A DNA stretch of 64,000 nt from an uncultured Acidobacteriota bacterium (GTDB lineage Bacteria > Acidobacteriota > Vicinamibacteria > Vicinamibacterales > UBA2999), in assembly GCA_963846425.1 (NCBI GenBank), contig CAWJVW010000005.1, positions 3,163,732 to 3,227,731 of the forward strand, read 5' to 3'. Positions 36,528 to 47,495 of this stretch are shown here, piece after piece; within the stretch, counting starts at the first letter, position 1; the number at the start of each line of letters is the position of its first letter. Under the pieces are notes generated by a model that saw only the letters and a program-made list of their open reading frames with translations, did not search any database and had not been told where the DNA came from. Made by a program: the position numbers and the translations under genes.

Positions 36528-39083
36528 ATGTTCCCACCGCGTGATCGCGACTCTCGTGGTTCGCTGATGCTGTGGCCCTGGCAGCGGCTCGGCTGGATCT
36601 GCGCGGGGTTCGCGGTCGTGCTGGCTGCCCTGTTTACCCTTGCCGCACAGCCGTCCGCCAATCAAACCGTCAGTTCTGCGCGTGCGGCCGCCGAAAAGGC
36701 ATTCCGGGCCGGGCGTTATGACGAAGTCGAGACGCTGACGCAAAACGCTGGGACCGACGACGTGCTCGTCACACTGCGTGCAAGAGCACTCGTCGCGCGC
36801 GGGGAGTACTCGAAAGCGGAGAGCGTGCTGACCTCGCCGGCAGCCGCTGCGCCGGCGAGCGACGCTGCGCTCGAGCTCGGCTTGCTGCAATGGTACTTGG
36901 GTCGCCGTAGCGAAGCGCGGCGGACGCTGCAGTTGCTTCTGTTGGCTGATGCACGATCGGCGACGGCCCGCGACTACGCGCGGGCGGCGCGGGCTGCGCG
37001 CGCGCTGGGCCAATTCGAGGATGCAAACGGTTATTTCCGCGAAGCGATCGCCCAGGCCCCGAACGACGCCGTCATCAACACAGAGTGGGGCGAGTTGTTT
37101 CTCGAAAAACACAACCGCCAGGACGCCGCAAAGTCGTTTCAGGCGGCACTCAAGGCGGAACCTGACTACGCACCGGCGCAGCGCGGCCTGGCGCGCGCCG
37201 TGGCCGATGAGAATCCCCCGGCAGCGATGCGGTATGCGCGGCGCGCGCTGGAGCTGAACCCCTCGGACGCCTCGGCATACTTGTTTCTCGCCGAGCTGGC
37301 AATCGACGAAGACAAGAAGGATCTTGCGCGCGAGGCCATTGCCAAGGCACAGGCGATCAACCCGAATAGCCTAGAGGCCTTCGCGCTGACCGCGGCCATA
37401 GATTTCATCGAAGGAAGGGACGTAGAGTACAAGGCGGCGGTTGCCTCCGCGCTCAAGATCAATCCGCTGTACGGCGAGGCGCATCGCGTCGTCGCGGCAA
37501 TTACGGCGCACTACTATCGTTTCGACGAAGCCGCCGAGCAGGTGCGCCGCGGCATCGCGATCGATCGGGAGAACGCACGCGCACACGCCGATCTGGGCGC
37601 ACATCTGATGCGCACGGGTGATGAACGCAACGCTCGACGCGCCCTCGAGATGGCGTTTCGCGCCGATCCCTACGACACCATCACGTTCAACCTGCTGGCA
37701 CTGCTCGACACGCTGGATGGCTTTCAAACCATTCAGGAGGGCGAGCTGACGATCAAGTTGCACGCCGATGAAGTAGCTGTCATGCGCGAGTACGTCCCGA
37801 CGCTGGCGCGCGAAGCGCTGGCGTCGCTCAGCAAACGTTGGGAATTCACGCCAAAGGGCCCCATCCTCATCGAAGTCTTTCCGAAGCACGACGACTTCGC
37901 GGTCCGGACGCTCGGCCTGCCCGGTATGATCGGCGCGCTTGGCGCCTGTTTTGGCCGCGTTGTCACGATGGACTCACCCAAGGCGCGTCCACCAGGTGAT
38001 TTCAACTGGGGCGCCACGCTCTGGCACGAGATGGCGCACGTCATCACCCTGCAGTTGTCGAATCAGCGTTTGCCACGCTGGCTGAGTGAAGGCATCTCCG
38101 TCTTCGAAGAAAAACGCGCGCGGCCCGAATGGGGACGCGAAATGGAAGTGGCGTTCGCACGCGCGCTCGAGGCCGGCGAAACGTTGAAGCTCAGAGATCT
38201 CAACGCGGGATTTCAGAACCCGCAAACCATCTCGATGGCGTACTACGAAGCTTCTCTGCTCGTCGAACACATCGTGCAGAAACACGGCGAGCCGTCCCTC
38301 AGGGCGCTGGTTCAATCATTTGCAACCGGTGTCGACACGGAAGGGGCGATCAAGAAAGTGCTGTCGAGCGATATCGATGCACTGCAAGGCACCTTTGACG
38401 CCTTCCTCGGCGAGCGTTTCGGGGCGCTCCGACGAGCGCTGGCGATACCCGAAGGATTTACGCCGGATCAGCCGCTGGAGAAGCTGAATGCGGCCGCAGC
38501 TGCCAACCCCGATAGTTTCGCAGTCCAGATGGCCCTTGGGCGAGCCCTCCGCGCCACCGACCCTCCGGGCGCAATCGCGGCGTACGAACGGGCGGCGAAG
38601 CTGGTGCCGATGATTACTGGCGCCGAAAGCCCGTATATGCAGGTAGTGGAGGTTGCCATGGCGGGTGGCGACAAGGCGAAGGCGGCTGACGCGCTTGATG
38701 CGATGACGGCTCAGGACCACACGGCCGTCGATGCCGCTCGACAATTGGTGGGTCTCCTCGATCCGCAGAAGGACAAAGAGAGATTGCGCATCGCACTGCA
38801 GCGAGTCGTTGCCGTCGATCCGTTCGACTCGGCGTCCCACACGACCCTGGGGCGCATGGCTCTTGGATCCAATCAGGCGGTTGAGGCGGTACGCGCCTTC
38901 CGCGTAGCGCTTGCCGCGGGCCCGCTCGACCGCGCGTCGGCACACGCAGATTTGGCGGAGGGGTTGTTCCAGAACGGCAACCACGGCGATGCCAAGCGCG
39001 AGGCGCTGGCCGCGCTCGAAATCGCGCCGACTTACGAACGTGCCCAGGCGTTGTTGTTGAAGTTGATAGACGGTCCACGATAG
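36528..39083 (+). CDS. TPR-repeat protein with peptidase-MA-like HExxH domain
   Basis: N-terminal signal/TM, multiple TPRs, WHEMAHV ... WLSEGISVFEE zinc-metalloprotease-like motif. Confidence 0.7.
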   Translation: MFPPRDRDSRGSLMLWPWQRLGWICAGFAVVLAALFTLAAQPSANQTVSSARAAAEKAFRAGRYDEVETLTQNAGTDDVLVTLRARALVARGEYSKAESVLTSPAAAAPASDAALELGLLQWYLGRRSEARRTLQLLLLADARSATARDYARAARAARALGQFEDANGYFREAIAQAPNDAVINTEWGELFLEKHNRQDAAKSFQAALKAEPDYAPAQRGLARAVADENPPAAMRYARRALELNPSDASAYLFLAELAIDEDKKDLAREAIAKAQAINPNSLEAFALTAAIDFIEGRDVEYKAAVASALKINPLYGEAHRVVAAITAHYYRFDEAAEQVRRGIAIDRENARAHADLGAHLMRTGDERNARRALEMAFRADPYDTITFNLLALLDTLDGFQTIQEGELTIKLHADEVAVMREYVPTLAREALASLSKRWEFTPKGPILIEVFPKHDDFAVRTLGLPGMIGALGACFGRVVTMDSPKARPPGDFNWGATLWHEMAHVITLQLSNQRLPRWLSEGISVFEEKRARPEWGREMEVAFARALEAGETLKLRDLNAGFQNPQTISMAYYEASLLVEHIVQKHGEPSLRALVQSFATGVDTEGAIKKVLSSDIDALQGTFDAFLGERFGALRRALAIPEGFTPDQPLEKLNAAAAANPDSFAVQMALGRALRATDPPGAIAAYERAAKLVPMITGAESPYMQVVEVAMAGGDKAKAADALDAMTAQDHTAVDAARQLVGLLDPQKDKERLRIALQRVVAVDPFDSASHTTLGRMALGSNQAVEAVRAFRVALAAGPLDRASAHADLAEGLFQNGNHGDAKREALAALEIAPTYERAQALLLKLIDGPR

Positions 39084-39090
39084 GACGCCG

Positions 39091-39945
39091 ATGGCTGAGG
39101 CCAGAGAGCAGACGACGCGCACACAGGATCTCCTCGACGGGTATCGACTGCGTCGTGCTGGCGGCATTGCCCTGATTGCGGGCGCTCTTCTCGCTCTCGG
39201 CCCCACGTTGGCGTCGCTCGCCGTGGCGCAGATGGCGGTCACTGTCGATGAGCGCTTCGCGGGCCTCCAGTGGACCTTCGCGCGCATCAAATACAACTCG
39301 TATTCGGGCGACGCGCGGACGAATCTCCGGATCGGCTATTGGGAAGAACCGTGGGCCATTGACGCCCCCGCCGCAGAGCAGAATCTCACTCGCCGAATTC
39401 GCAGCGTCACGTCCATCACGGTCACCGAACCGGTCGTTATCACGCTGGACGACGAGAAGATCTGGCAGTACCCCTGGCTCTACATCGTCGAGCCCAGCAA
39501 TTTGGTGCTCAGCGAAAAGGACGCGGCCACGCTGCGCGAGTTCCTGCTGCGGGGCGGCACGCTGATGCTGGACGACTTTCACGGCCCCTACGAATGGGAT
39601 CTGACGGTGCGCCAGATGCAGGCCGTGTTTCCGGATCGCGAGATCGTCGAGATCGAGCCCCCGCATCCCGTTTACACATGCTTCTACAAGATTGACAAGT
39701 ATCCCCAGGTCCCAGGGCTCGGATCCTTTTTCTCGGGGCGTACGTGGGAAAAAGGCGGGTTCGTTCCGCATCTGCGCGGCATCATGGACGATGCCGGTCG
39801 CCCCATGGTGCTGATCAACTGGAACACCGACATGGGTGACGGTGTGGAGTGGTCGAACGCCGAAGACTACCCGGGCTACATCAAATGGACCGCGCAGGCC
39901 TATCAGATGATGATCAACGAGGTCATCTACTCGCTGACGCATTGA
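39091..39945 (+). CDS. DUF4159 domain protein
   Basis: LREFLLRGGTLMLDDFHG...VLINWNTDMGDGWE-like pattern, remembered from DUF4159 proteins that accompany MoxR/DUF58 clusters. Confidence 0.6.
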   Translation: MAEAREQTTRTQDLLDGYRLRRAGGIALIAGALLALGPTLASLAVAQMAVTVDERFAGLQWTFARIKYNSYSGDARTNLRIGYWEEPWAIDAPAAEQNLTRRIRSVTSITVTEPVVITLDDEKIWQYPWLYIVEPSNLVLSEKDAATLREFLLRGGTLMLDDFHGPYEWDLTVRQMQAVFPDREIVEIEPPHPVYTCFYKIDKYPQVPGLGSFFSGRTWEKGGFVPHLRGIMDDAGRPMVLINWNTDMGDGVEWSNAEDYPGYIKWTAQAYQMMINEVIYSLTH

Positions 39946-39950
39946 CGTGC

Positions 39951-40955
<1,005 letters not shown>

Positions 40956-40962
40956 TTTTTCG

Positions 40963-41862
40963 ATGCCGTCCGATACTCGCTCCACATTTCTTGCCCCAGC
41001 GACTCTTGCGCGTCTCGGCAGCCTCGAGCTCAAAGCGCGGACAATTGTCGAAGGGTTCCTCACTGGCTTGCACCGCAGCCCCTTCAAGGGTTTCAGCGTC
41101 GAGTTCGCGGAGTATCGCCAATACCTGCCTGGCGACGACCTGGCGACGCTCGACTGGAAGGTGTACGGCCGAACCGACAAACACTTCATCAAAAAGTTCG
41201 AAGAGGAAACAAACCTCGATTGCCACATCCTGCTGGATGTCAGCGCGTCGATGGGCTTTGGGTCCGGCGCGCTGACCAAGCTCCAGTACGGTTCGTATCT
41301 TGCCGCGGCGCTCGCGTATCTAATGAACAGGCAACGCGATGCCGCCGGGTTGATTACCTTTGATGACAAGATCGTGACGATGGTGAGGCCCAGCGCACGA
41401 AGCGGGCATCTCACCTCGCTGCTGGTCACGCTGGAAAAAGTGAAGCTCGGCTCGCGGACCGACGTCGCCAAGCCGCTTCGCGATCTGGCCGAAGCGATTC
41501 GCAAGCGAGGATTGGTCGTCCTGATTTCCGACTTGCTCGACGAGGTCGATCGTGTTCTCGACGGGCTCAAACACTTCCGGTATCGGGGTACCGAGGTGAT
41601 TGTGTTTCATGTTCTCGATCCCGCGGAGCTCGGGTTTCCATTCGAGCAAGCGGCACGGTTTCGCGACATGGAGACGTCCGAGGAGGTCGTGGCGGTGCCT
41701 GGAGTGGTTCGCGAGCAATATCTTCAGGCGATCGGCGACTTACAGGAGCGGTATAAACGCGAACTGCAGCTTGCCGGCATCGATTACGCAATGCTCGAGA
41801 CGTCCGTGCCGCTGGAGTCGGCGCTGATGTCTTATCTATTGGCACGACGAAGAGCGTACTAA
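40963..41862 (+). CDS. DUF58 (vWA-like) protein
   Basis: GLHRSPFKGFSVEFAEYRQYLPGDD motif, canonical partner of MoxR. Confidence 0.85.
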   Translation: MPSDTRSTFLAPATLARLGSLELKARTIVEGFLTGLHRSPFKGFSVEFAEYRQYLPGDDLATLDWKVYGRTDKHFIKKFEEETNLDCHILLDVSASMGFGSGALTKLQYGSYLAAALAYLMNRQRDAAGLITFDDKIVTMVRPSARSGHLTSLLVTLEKVKLGSRTDVAKPLRDLAEAIRKRGLVVLISDLLDEVDRVLDGLKHFRYRGTEVIVFHVLDPAELGFPFEQAARFRDMETSEEVVAVPGVVREQYLQAIGDLQERYKRELQLAGIDYAMLETSVPLESALMSYLLARRRAY

Positions 41863-41896
41863 ACCGGAGACCGGTGACCGGCGACCGGAGACCAGG
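41863..41896. repeat. Direct 7-bp-period repeats CCGGNGA x4
   Basis: CCGG at 41864, 41871, 41878, 41885. It starts the base after the TAA stop and fills the 39-nt spacer. Confidence 0.8.
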
Positions 41897-41901
41897 AACT
41901 C

Positions 41902-43791
41902 ATGTTCGGCTTGTCCTTCCTATATCCGCTGTTTCTTGTGGGGGCAGCGGCGGTGGCGATTCCGATTGCGCTTCACCTCTTTCGGCGCAAAACGGAAATC
42001 GTTGTGGATTTCCCGGCCGTGCGGCTGTTGCACAAGTCGCCGGTCGAGTATCAGCGACGCCGTCGTCTCCGTGAACTGATCCTGCTGGCGCTGCGCGTCA
42101 GCGCGCTTGCTCTGCTGGCTTTTGCCTTCGCGCGCCCCTACTTCGATCGCGCGACTGCGTCCCTTCCTGCCCCGGTCACGGTCGTGGCTCTCGATACCTC
42201 ACTGAGTCTCTCGGCCCCAGGCCAGTTCGACAAGGCAAAGCAGGCTGCGCGGCATGCGGTCGAGAACGCAGGGGCCACGTCGACTGTTGCGTTTGTCACG
42301 TTTGCGGATTCAGCGTCGCTCGTCGTCCCAGCTACGACCGATCGCGGCGGCGTCATCTCGGCGATTGATGCGGCGACGGTAACCGCGGGCGGGACACGGT
42401 TTCGTACCGCTCTTGCTCGTGCGGCGGAAGCCATTGCTGGCGGGCAAGGCCGCATCATCGTCGTGACGGACCTGCAGCAGGCAGGTTGGGATGCCGGCGA
42501 TGAGGGCGCCGTGGCAGATGGCATCGAGGTCGATGTAATCGAGATTGCCCCGCCCGCGGGGAACATTGCGGTGACGGCGGCGGGCCGTGATGGTCGAGGC
42601 GTGATTGCCGGTGTTCACAACTTCGGTTCGCAATCTGTGCGGGTGCCGGTGCGTCTTCGCGTTGATGACAAAGATCTGACGTCGCAAACCGTGGAAATTG
42701 GCCCGCAGGCCGCTGCGGAGGTTTCACTACAGGCGACTCTGCCAGCACGCGGAAGCGCCGCGGTCATCGTTGACGATCCCGGCGGATATCTGGCGGACAA
42801 CGTGCGGCACCTCGTATTGGATCCTCCAGGAGCCGTCCCGGTTTTGGTGATCACCGCGGAGCCCCCGGGATCCTCTAACGCCGGCATCTATGTCGAGCGG
42901 GCCCTTGGTGTGGCTGACCAAGGGCGTGCCTTCAGGGCAGACGTGATAGACGGCCGCGCGTTTTCCGCGCTGCCCGGCGGACTGGAGGCCCCCCGCCTCA
43001 AGAGCGCCGGAGCGCTGATCCTGTTGGGTACGACCACGCTCGACCGGACCGGCCGTCAAATGATTGCCGGTTACCTTTCCGCAGGCGGGCGAGCGCTGGT
43101 GTCGCTGGGGCCAGATCTTGACCTCGACACGCTTGCCGATACCGTCGGCACGCCCGTGGACGTTCCCGATACGGGCGCCGATACACCTCAAAAGACGGTG
43201 ACGCTGGTTGCCGTTGATGGGCGTCACCCGATTTTTCGTCCCTTTCTCAATCCGACCGGCGCCTTGGGGGACGTCTATGTGGAGCAGTACCGGCGTCTAA
43301 ATGATCAGAGTGGCCGGACCGTGCTGGCTCGCTTCTCCGGCGCTGGCAATGCGCTGACCGAGCAGACGGTTGGCCGCGGACGACTGCTGCTGTTCGCATC
43401 CGATCTCGACAACCGATGGAACCGCTTTCCGCTGAATCCGGCGTTTGTGCCATGGGCGGTTGAAACCGCCCGGTATCTGACGCAGGGCCGCGAGCAGCGC
43501 CAGAATTTCACGTTGCCGGATCTGCCGGCGGGAGCGAAGCCGATGCCCGGCGTTTACCAGGCGGGCGATCGGCGCGTGGCTGTGAATATCGACGTGCGTG
43601 AGTCAAATCCGGCTCACACGTCCGTCGAACAGTTCAAGGGCGCTATTCTGCGGCTCAATCAGGTGGCTGATGTGCGCGCGCAGACTGAGGCGCGGCAGCA
43701 GGAGGAGCGCCAGCGACTGTGGCAACTCGGGCTGACCGTCATGTTTTTGGCGCTTGCGGGCGAGGGGCTTATCGGGAGAAAAGCGGCCTAA
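41902..43791 (+). CDS. BatA-like protein (N-terminal double-TM domain + vWA-like region)
   Basis: FLYPLFLVGAAAVAIPIALHLFRR...LRELILLALR N-terminal aerotolerance-regulator-type motif, C-terminal TM. Confidence 0.7.
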   Translation: MFGLSFLYPLFLVGAAAVAIPIALHLFRRKTEIVVDFPAVRLLHKSPVEYQRRRRLRELILLALRVSALALLAFAFARPYFDRATASLPAPVTVVALDTSLSLSAPGQFDKAKQAARHAVENAGATSTVAFVTFADSASLVVPATTDRGGVISAIDAATVTAGGTRFRTALARAAEAIAGGQGRIIVVTDLQQAGWDAGDEGAVADGIEVDVIEIAPPAGNIAVTAAGRDGRGVIAGVHNFGSQSVRVPVRLRVDDKDLTSQTVEIGPQAAAEVSLQATLPARGSAAVIVDDPGGYLADNVRHLVLDPPGAVPVLVITAEPPGSSNAGIYVERALGVADQGRAFRADVIDGRAFSALPGGLEAPRLKSAGALILLGTTTLDRTGRQMIAGYLSAGGRALVSLGPDLDLDTLADTVGTPVDVPDTGADTPQKTVTLVAVDGRHPIFRPFLNPTGALGDVYVEQYRRLNDQSGRTVLARFSGAGNALTEQTVGRGRLLLFASDLDNRWNRFPLNPAFVPWAVETARYLTQGREQRQNFTLPDLPAGAKPMPGVYQAGDRRVAVNIDVRESNPAHTSVEQFKGAILRLNQVADVRAQTEARQQEERQRLWQLGLTVMFLALAGEGLIGRKAA

Positions 43792-43886
43792 GATCATTTA
43801 ATTGGAAGAATAGCAGCCTAAGATCGTTGACGTGACGGGCCCTGCGAAGGGCGTAGGATATGCATCACGGGGGAAGAGGCAGGGAG

Positions 43887-46800
43887 ATGAGCGAGCGACC
43901 CCTAGAGCTCCAGGCGATTCTCACTGATGTCAGACGGCGCTGGACCCAGCGCTCGCTGCTGCGTGCCTGGGCGTTTGGCGCGGCGGTCGCCGCCACCGTC
44001 GTCTTGGTTGGCCTGGTAGCTGTCCTGCTCCTCGCCAGCGATGGCCTTCCCCTTGTTTTTACTGCCGCTGTCGTCCTGCTCACCGCATTTCTTGGCCTTG
44101 GTTGGGCTCTGTGGCCGTGCCGCGTCAAGCCGACGGACCGGCAGATCGCACGTCTCATCGAAGAACGCAGCCCGGACTTGGACGATGTCGTAGTTACCGC
44201 CGTTGATTACGCCGTTCGTCCCGATGCGTCGCCGCGAATGATTGTTGCGCTGGCGTCCGACGCCGCGCGTGTTCTCAGCGGCCTCAACGTCGATGCCGTG
44301 GTTTCGCGCGAGTCGCTCCGGCAGGCGGCTTTTCGTGCTGCAGCCGCGACTGCCGCGCTTGCGATTGTCGTCGCATTGTTCACGCCGGCCTTCTCACGTG
44401 CCACCAATGTGGCGTCGGCTTACCTATTCCCTGCGCGTCTCAATGTCCAGGTAATGCCCGGCACAACGAAGGTGCGCGCGGGCCAGCCGTTGACAATCAC
44501 AGCACGTATCGGAGGTCTGGTCGGCGAGCTCGTTCCGAGTTTGACGGTTGCGGTTGGGGCCGACGCACGCACCATTCGGATGCTGCCAACGGCCGAACCC
44601 GGTACTTTTGCCGTCACGATTGACAACGTCGCAGCGTCCTTCGCCTACAACGTCAGCGCGGGCAGCGCGCGATCCAGCGACTATGTGGTGACCGTCATTC
44701 GTCCGGCTCGCGTGGAGCGAATCGATCTGCACTACGACTTTCCGCGCGGTCTAGGCCTCGAGCCGAGGACCGACGAAGACAGCGGCGACATCTATGGCCC
44801 CGCGGGCACCAAGGTCCGGCTGACGGTTGTTACTGACAAGCCGATCGCGCAGGGCTCTTTGCTGTTGGGTGACGGAACGAAGATCGACCTTGATGGCCAG
44901 TCGCAGTCGCTCGCTGGAGCACTGACGATAGAAGAGGACGGGTCGTATCGCGTCGCTCTCCAGGACCAGGATGGGCTGGAGAGTCCTGGCGACACTGAGT
45001 ACTTCATTCGAACGCTCGACGATCGGCCGCCCGACGTACGGATCCTGCGCCCAGCCAGCGACAAACAGGTCACGGCCCTCGAAGAAGTGCTCATCGAGGC
45101 CCGTGCCGATGATGATTACGGCATCTCGTCGTTCGATCTGGTGTTCCAGACACCATCAGGCAAGCAACGCATTGTCCCGCTTCGTGGTGTGCAGGGGGGT
45201 CTGACCGCCGCCGGCTTGCACACGCTGTTCATCGAGGATCTTGGCGTGCAGCCCGGTGACTTCGTGACCTACTACGCGCGAGCCAGGGACGTGAACCGCG
45301 GACGACGCTCCACCGAAGCGCGCAGCGACATCTTTTTTCTCGAGGTGAAGCCTTTCGAAGAAGAGTTCGTTGCGGCGCAGAGTCAGGCAATGGGTCAGGG
45401 CGCGGGCATGCAAGGTGGTGGCCTCGAAGGCCTTGCCCAGGCGCAAAAAGACATCATTGTTGCGACGTGGAAACTTGATGCCCGAGCACGGCGGGCGCGA
45501 GACTCCGGCTCCCAGCAGGACATCAAGGTCATTTCGAAGGCACAGTCCGATTTGCGCGGGCGCGCTGAAAAGGCCAGCGCCCAATTCTCCAGGCTTGGCA
45601 CCGATGCACGTCGGCGACGGAGCGCGCAAGGCCCGCCGCCCGGGGATGATCCCATCGGCCGTGCCATCGAGGCCATGGGCCGCGCGGTCAACGAGCTGGA
45701 CAAGCTCGACACCACGAGCGCATTGCCGCACGAAATGGAATCGCTCAATCAGTTGCTCAAAGCGGAAGCCGAAAACAAGCGGCGACAGGTGACGCGGCAG
45801 CAGCAAGCGGGCGGCGGCGGCGGCATGAATCGGCCCGAAGCGGACCTGTCAAGCCTCTTCGATCAGGAACTTCGACGCCGGCAGGAGACCAACTACGAGA
45901 CACCCAACTCCACGGAGGAACGGGAAGAGACGACGCAGGATGATCCGCTCGAACGGATTCGCGAGCTCGCCCGTCGTCAGGATGCGCTCAATCGCCAGCA
46001 GCGTGATCTGGCGAGGAGCCGCGAGCAGATGGATGAAGCCGAGCTGAAGCGTCAGCTCGAGCGGCTGACACGTGAGCAGAACGAGCTGCGGCAACAGGCG
46101 GAACAACTTGGTCAGCGCCTGCAACAACAAGGCTCGCGCGAGTCAGAGGGCGGACAATCGGGCGGGCAATCGGGCGGGCAATTGCGCGACATTTCGGAGG
46201 ATATGCGCAGCGCGGCGACCGGCATGCGACGCCAGGATTCCACGCAGGCATCGGAGAGCGGCAATCGCGCGTCACAACGTCTCCGTGATCTCGAAAAGCA
46301 GATGCAGGCCTCGCGACCCGACGATCGCCGTCGTGCGCTGGGCGATCTGCAGCTCGAGACTCGCCAACTCGCTGATTCGCAGCGGCGCCTCGCAAATGAG
46401 GCAAGTCGCACCGCGAATGGCAAACCTGGAGACGATGCTCGTCGCCGGCTCGCGGGTGATCAGGAGCGTCTTGCGGAACGAGCCGCGCGATTGCAGGATC
46501 ATGTGAACCGGCTCGCTCGCAGCGGGCAAGGTGACGCGCGAGAAAAGACCGCGACCACCGAAGCGGCCCGCGAGATCGATCGTCAGAAACTCGCGGAACG
46601 AATGCGCGAATCGGCGGAATCGCTGCGCAAGCCATCGGAGGACGGGCAACCGCAGGAGTCGACGCCAGACGCCTCACGTCAGGCGGCGCGCCAAGGAGAA
46701 GACCTTGCGCGCGCCCTCGATCGCATTGCCGATCGCCTCGGCGCCGCGAGCGGCAGGCAGGATGCAGACTCCCGACGTCTCTCCGATAACCTGTCGAAGA

Positions 46801-47435
46801 CGCAGGACCTGCGAGACAAGATGGCCGGGCTGGAGCGGTCGATTGAGGAGTTGCAGCGCGAGGCGCAGCAGGGCCAGCAAAAGCCGGGGCAGAATCAAGC
46901 GGACCAAAATGCCGATGGCCGCCAATCAGGTCAAGGCCAGGATCAGCAGGCCCCGCGACAGGGGCCACAGCAAGGAGGGCAGCAGTCCTCGCAAGGCCAG
47001 GGCAATCAGCCATCAGCCGACGGGCGTGAGGGCGCCAGCGGTCAGCAGGGAAGCGGCACCGGCGGCAACGGAGGCAGGCTCCAGCAGTTACAGCGCGAAG
47101 TGAACGAACGAGCGCGCGATGTAGAGCGTCTTGCGGGAGAACTACGCCGGGAAAATCCGGGCATGCAGGGTCCCAACGACGACGAAGGATGGTGGCGCAG
47201 CACGTCCGCTCCGGGAACCGAAGCTTTCAAACAGGACTTTGCACGGTGGGAATCGTTGAAGAACAACCTGCTGATCGCGCTGGAAAATGTCGAGTCCAAG
47301 GTGTCGGGCGAGTTGCGTGCGCATGAAAACAAGCAGCGCTTCAACGCGGGCGGTCACCAGGGCGTCGGCGACGCCTACCGCGATCTAGTGGACAAGTACT
47401 ATCGATCTCTTGCCACGCCTCGAAAGCCTCAGTAG
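43887..47435 (+). CDS. DUF4175-like large membrane-anchored coiled-coil protein with Q/R/E/G-rich low-complexity C-terminus
   Basis: Two N-terminal TMs, a beta-rich middle, then ~450 aa of charged/Q-rich coiled coil, including 3 x 12-bp repeats (GGQS GGQS GGQL) at 46149-46184. Confidence 0.6.
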   Translation: MSERPLELQAILTDVRRRWTQRSLLRAWAFGAAVAATVVLVGLVAVLLLASDGLPLVFTAAVVLLTAFLGLGWALWPCRVKPTDRQIARLIEERSPDLDDVVVTAVDYAVRPDASPRMIVALASDAARVLSGLNVDAVVSRESLRQAAFRAAAATAALAIVVALFTPAFSRATNVASAYLFPARLNVQVMPGTTKVRAGQPLTITARIGGLVGELVPSLTVAVGADARTIRMLPTAEPGTFAVTIDNVAASFAYNVSAGSARSSDYVVTVIRPARVERIDLHYDFPRGLGLEPRTDEDSGDIYGPAGTKVRLTVVTDKPIAQGSLLLGDGTKIDLDGQSQSLAGALTIEEDGSYRVALQDQDGLESPGDTEYFIRTLDDRPPDVRILRPASDKQVTALEEVLIEARADDDYGISSFDLVFQTPSGKQRIVPLRGVQGGLTAAGLHTLFIEDLGVQPGDFVTYYARARDVNRGRRSTEARSDIFFLEVKPFEEEFVAAQSQAMGQGAGMQGGGLEGLAQAQKDIIVATWKLDARARRARDSGSQQDIKVISKAQSDLRGRAEKASAQFSRLGTDARRRRSAQGPPPGDDPIGRAIEAMGRAVNELDKLDTTSALPHEMESLNQLLKAEAENKRRQVTRQQQAGGGGGMNRPEADLSSLFDQELRRRQETNYETPNSTEEREETTQDDPLERIRELARRQDALNRQQRDLARSREQMDEAELKRQLERLTREQNELRQQAEQLGQRLQQQGSRESEGGQSGGQSGGQLRDISEDMRSAATGMRRQDSTQASESGNRASQRLRDLEKQMQASRPDDRRRALGDLQLETRQLADSQRRLANEASRTANGKPGDDARRRLAGDQERLAERAARLQDHVNRLARSGQGDAREKTATTEAAREIDRQKLAERMRESAESLRKPSEDGQPQESTPDASRQAARQGEDLARALDRIADRLGAASGRQDADSRRLSDNLSKTQDLRDKMAGLERSIEELQREAQQGQQKPGQNQADQNADGRQSGQGQDQQAPRQGPQQGGQQSSQGQGNQPSADGREGASGQQGSGTGGNGGRLQQLQREVNERARDVERLAGELRRENPGMQGPNDDEGWWRSTSAPGTEAFKQDFARWESLKNNLLIALENVESKVSGELRAHENKQRFNAGGHQGVGDAYRDLVDKYYRSLATPRKPQ

Positions 47436-47489
47436 GGTGCCTGCGGTGCCTAGGGTAATGTACTAGGCACGTTAGGCACCTTAGGCACC
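47436..47489. repeat. Compact hairpin built from 9-bp-period GTGCCTNNN / NNNAGGCAC units
   Basis: GTGCCT at 47437, 47446. AGGCAC at 47465, 47474, 47483. It starts the base after the TAG stop. Confidence 0.85.
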
Positions 47490-47495
47490 TTCCCT

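Noticed and set aside
43781-43831. Direct duplication GC(G/A)GCCTAAGATC(A/G)TT, one copy including the BatA-like gene's stop codon, separated by an AT-rich 17-mer
   Set aside because: It is only ~18 bp with two mismatches, too short to distinguish an insertion footprint from chance. No element lies between the copies.
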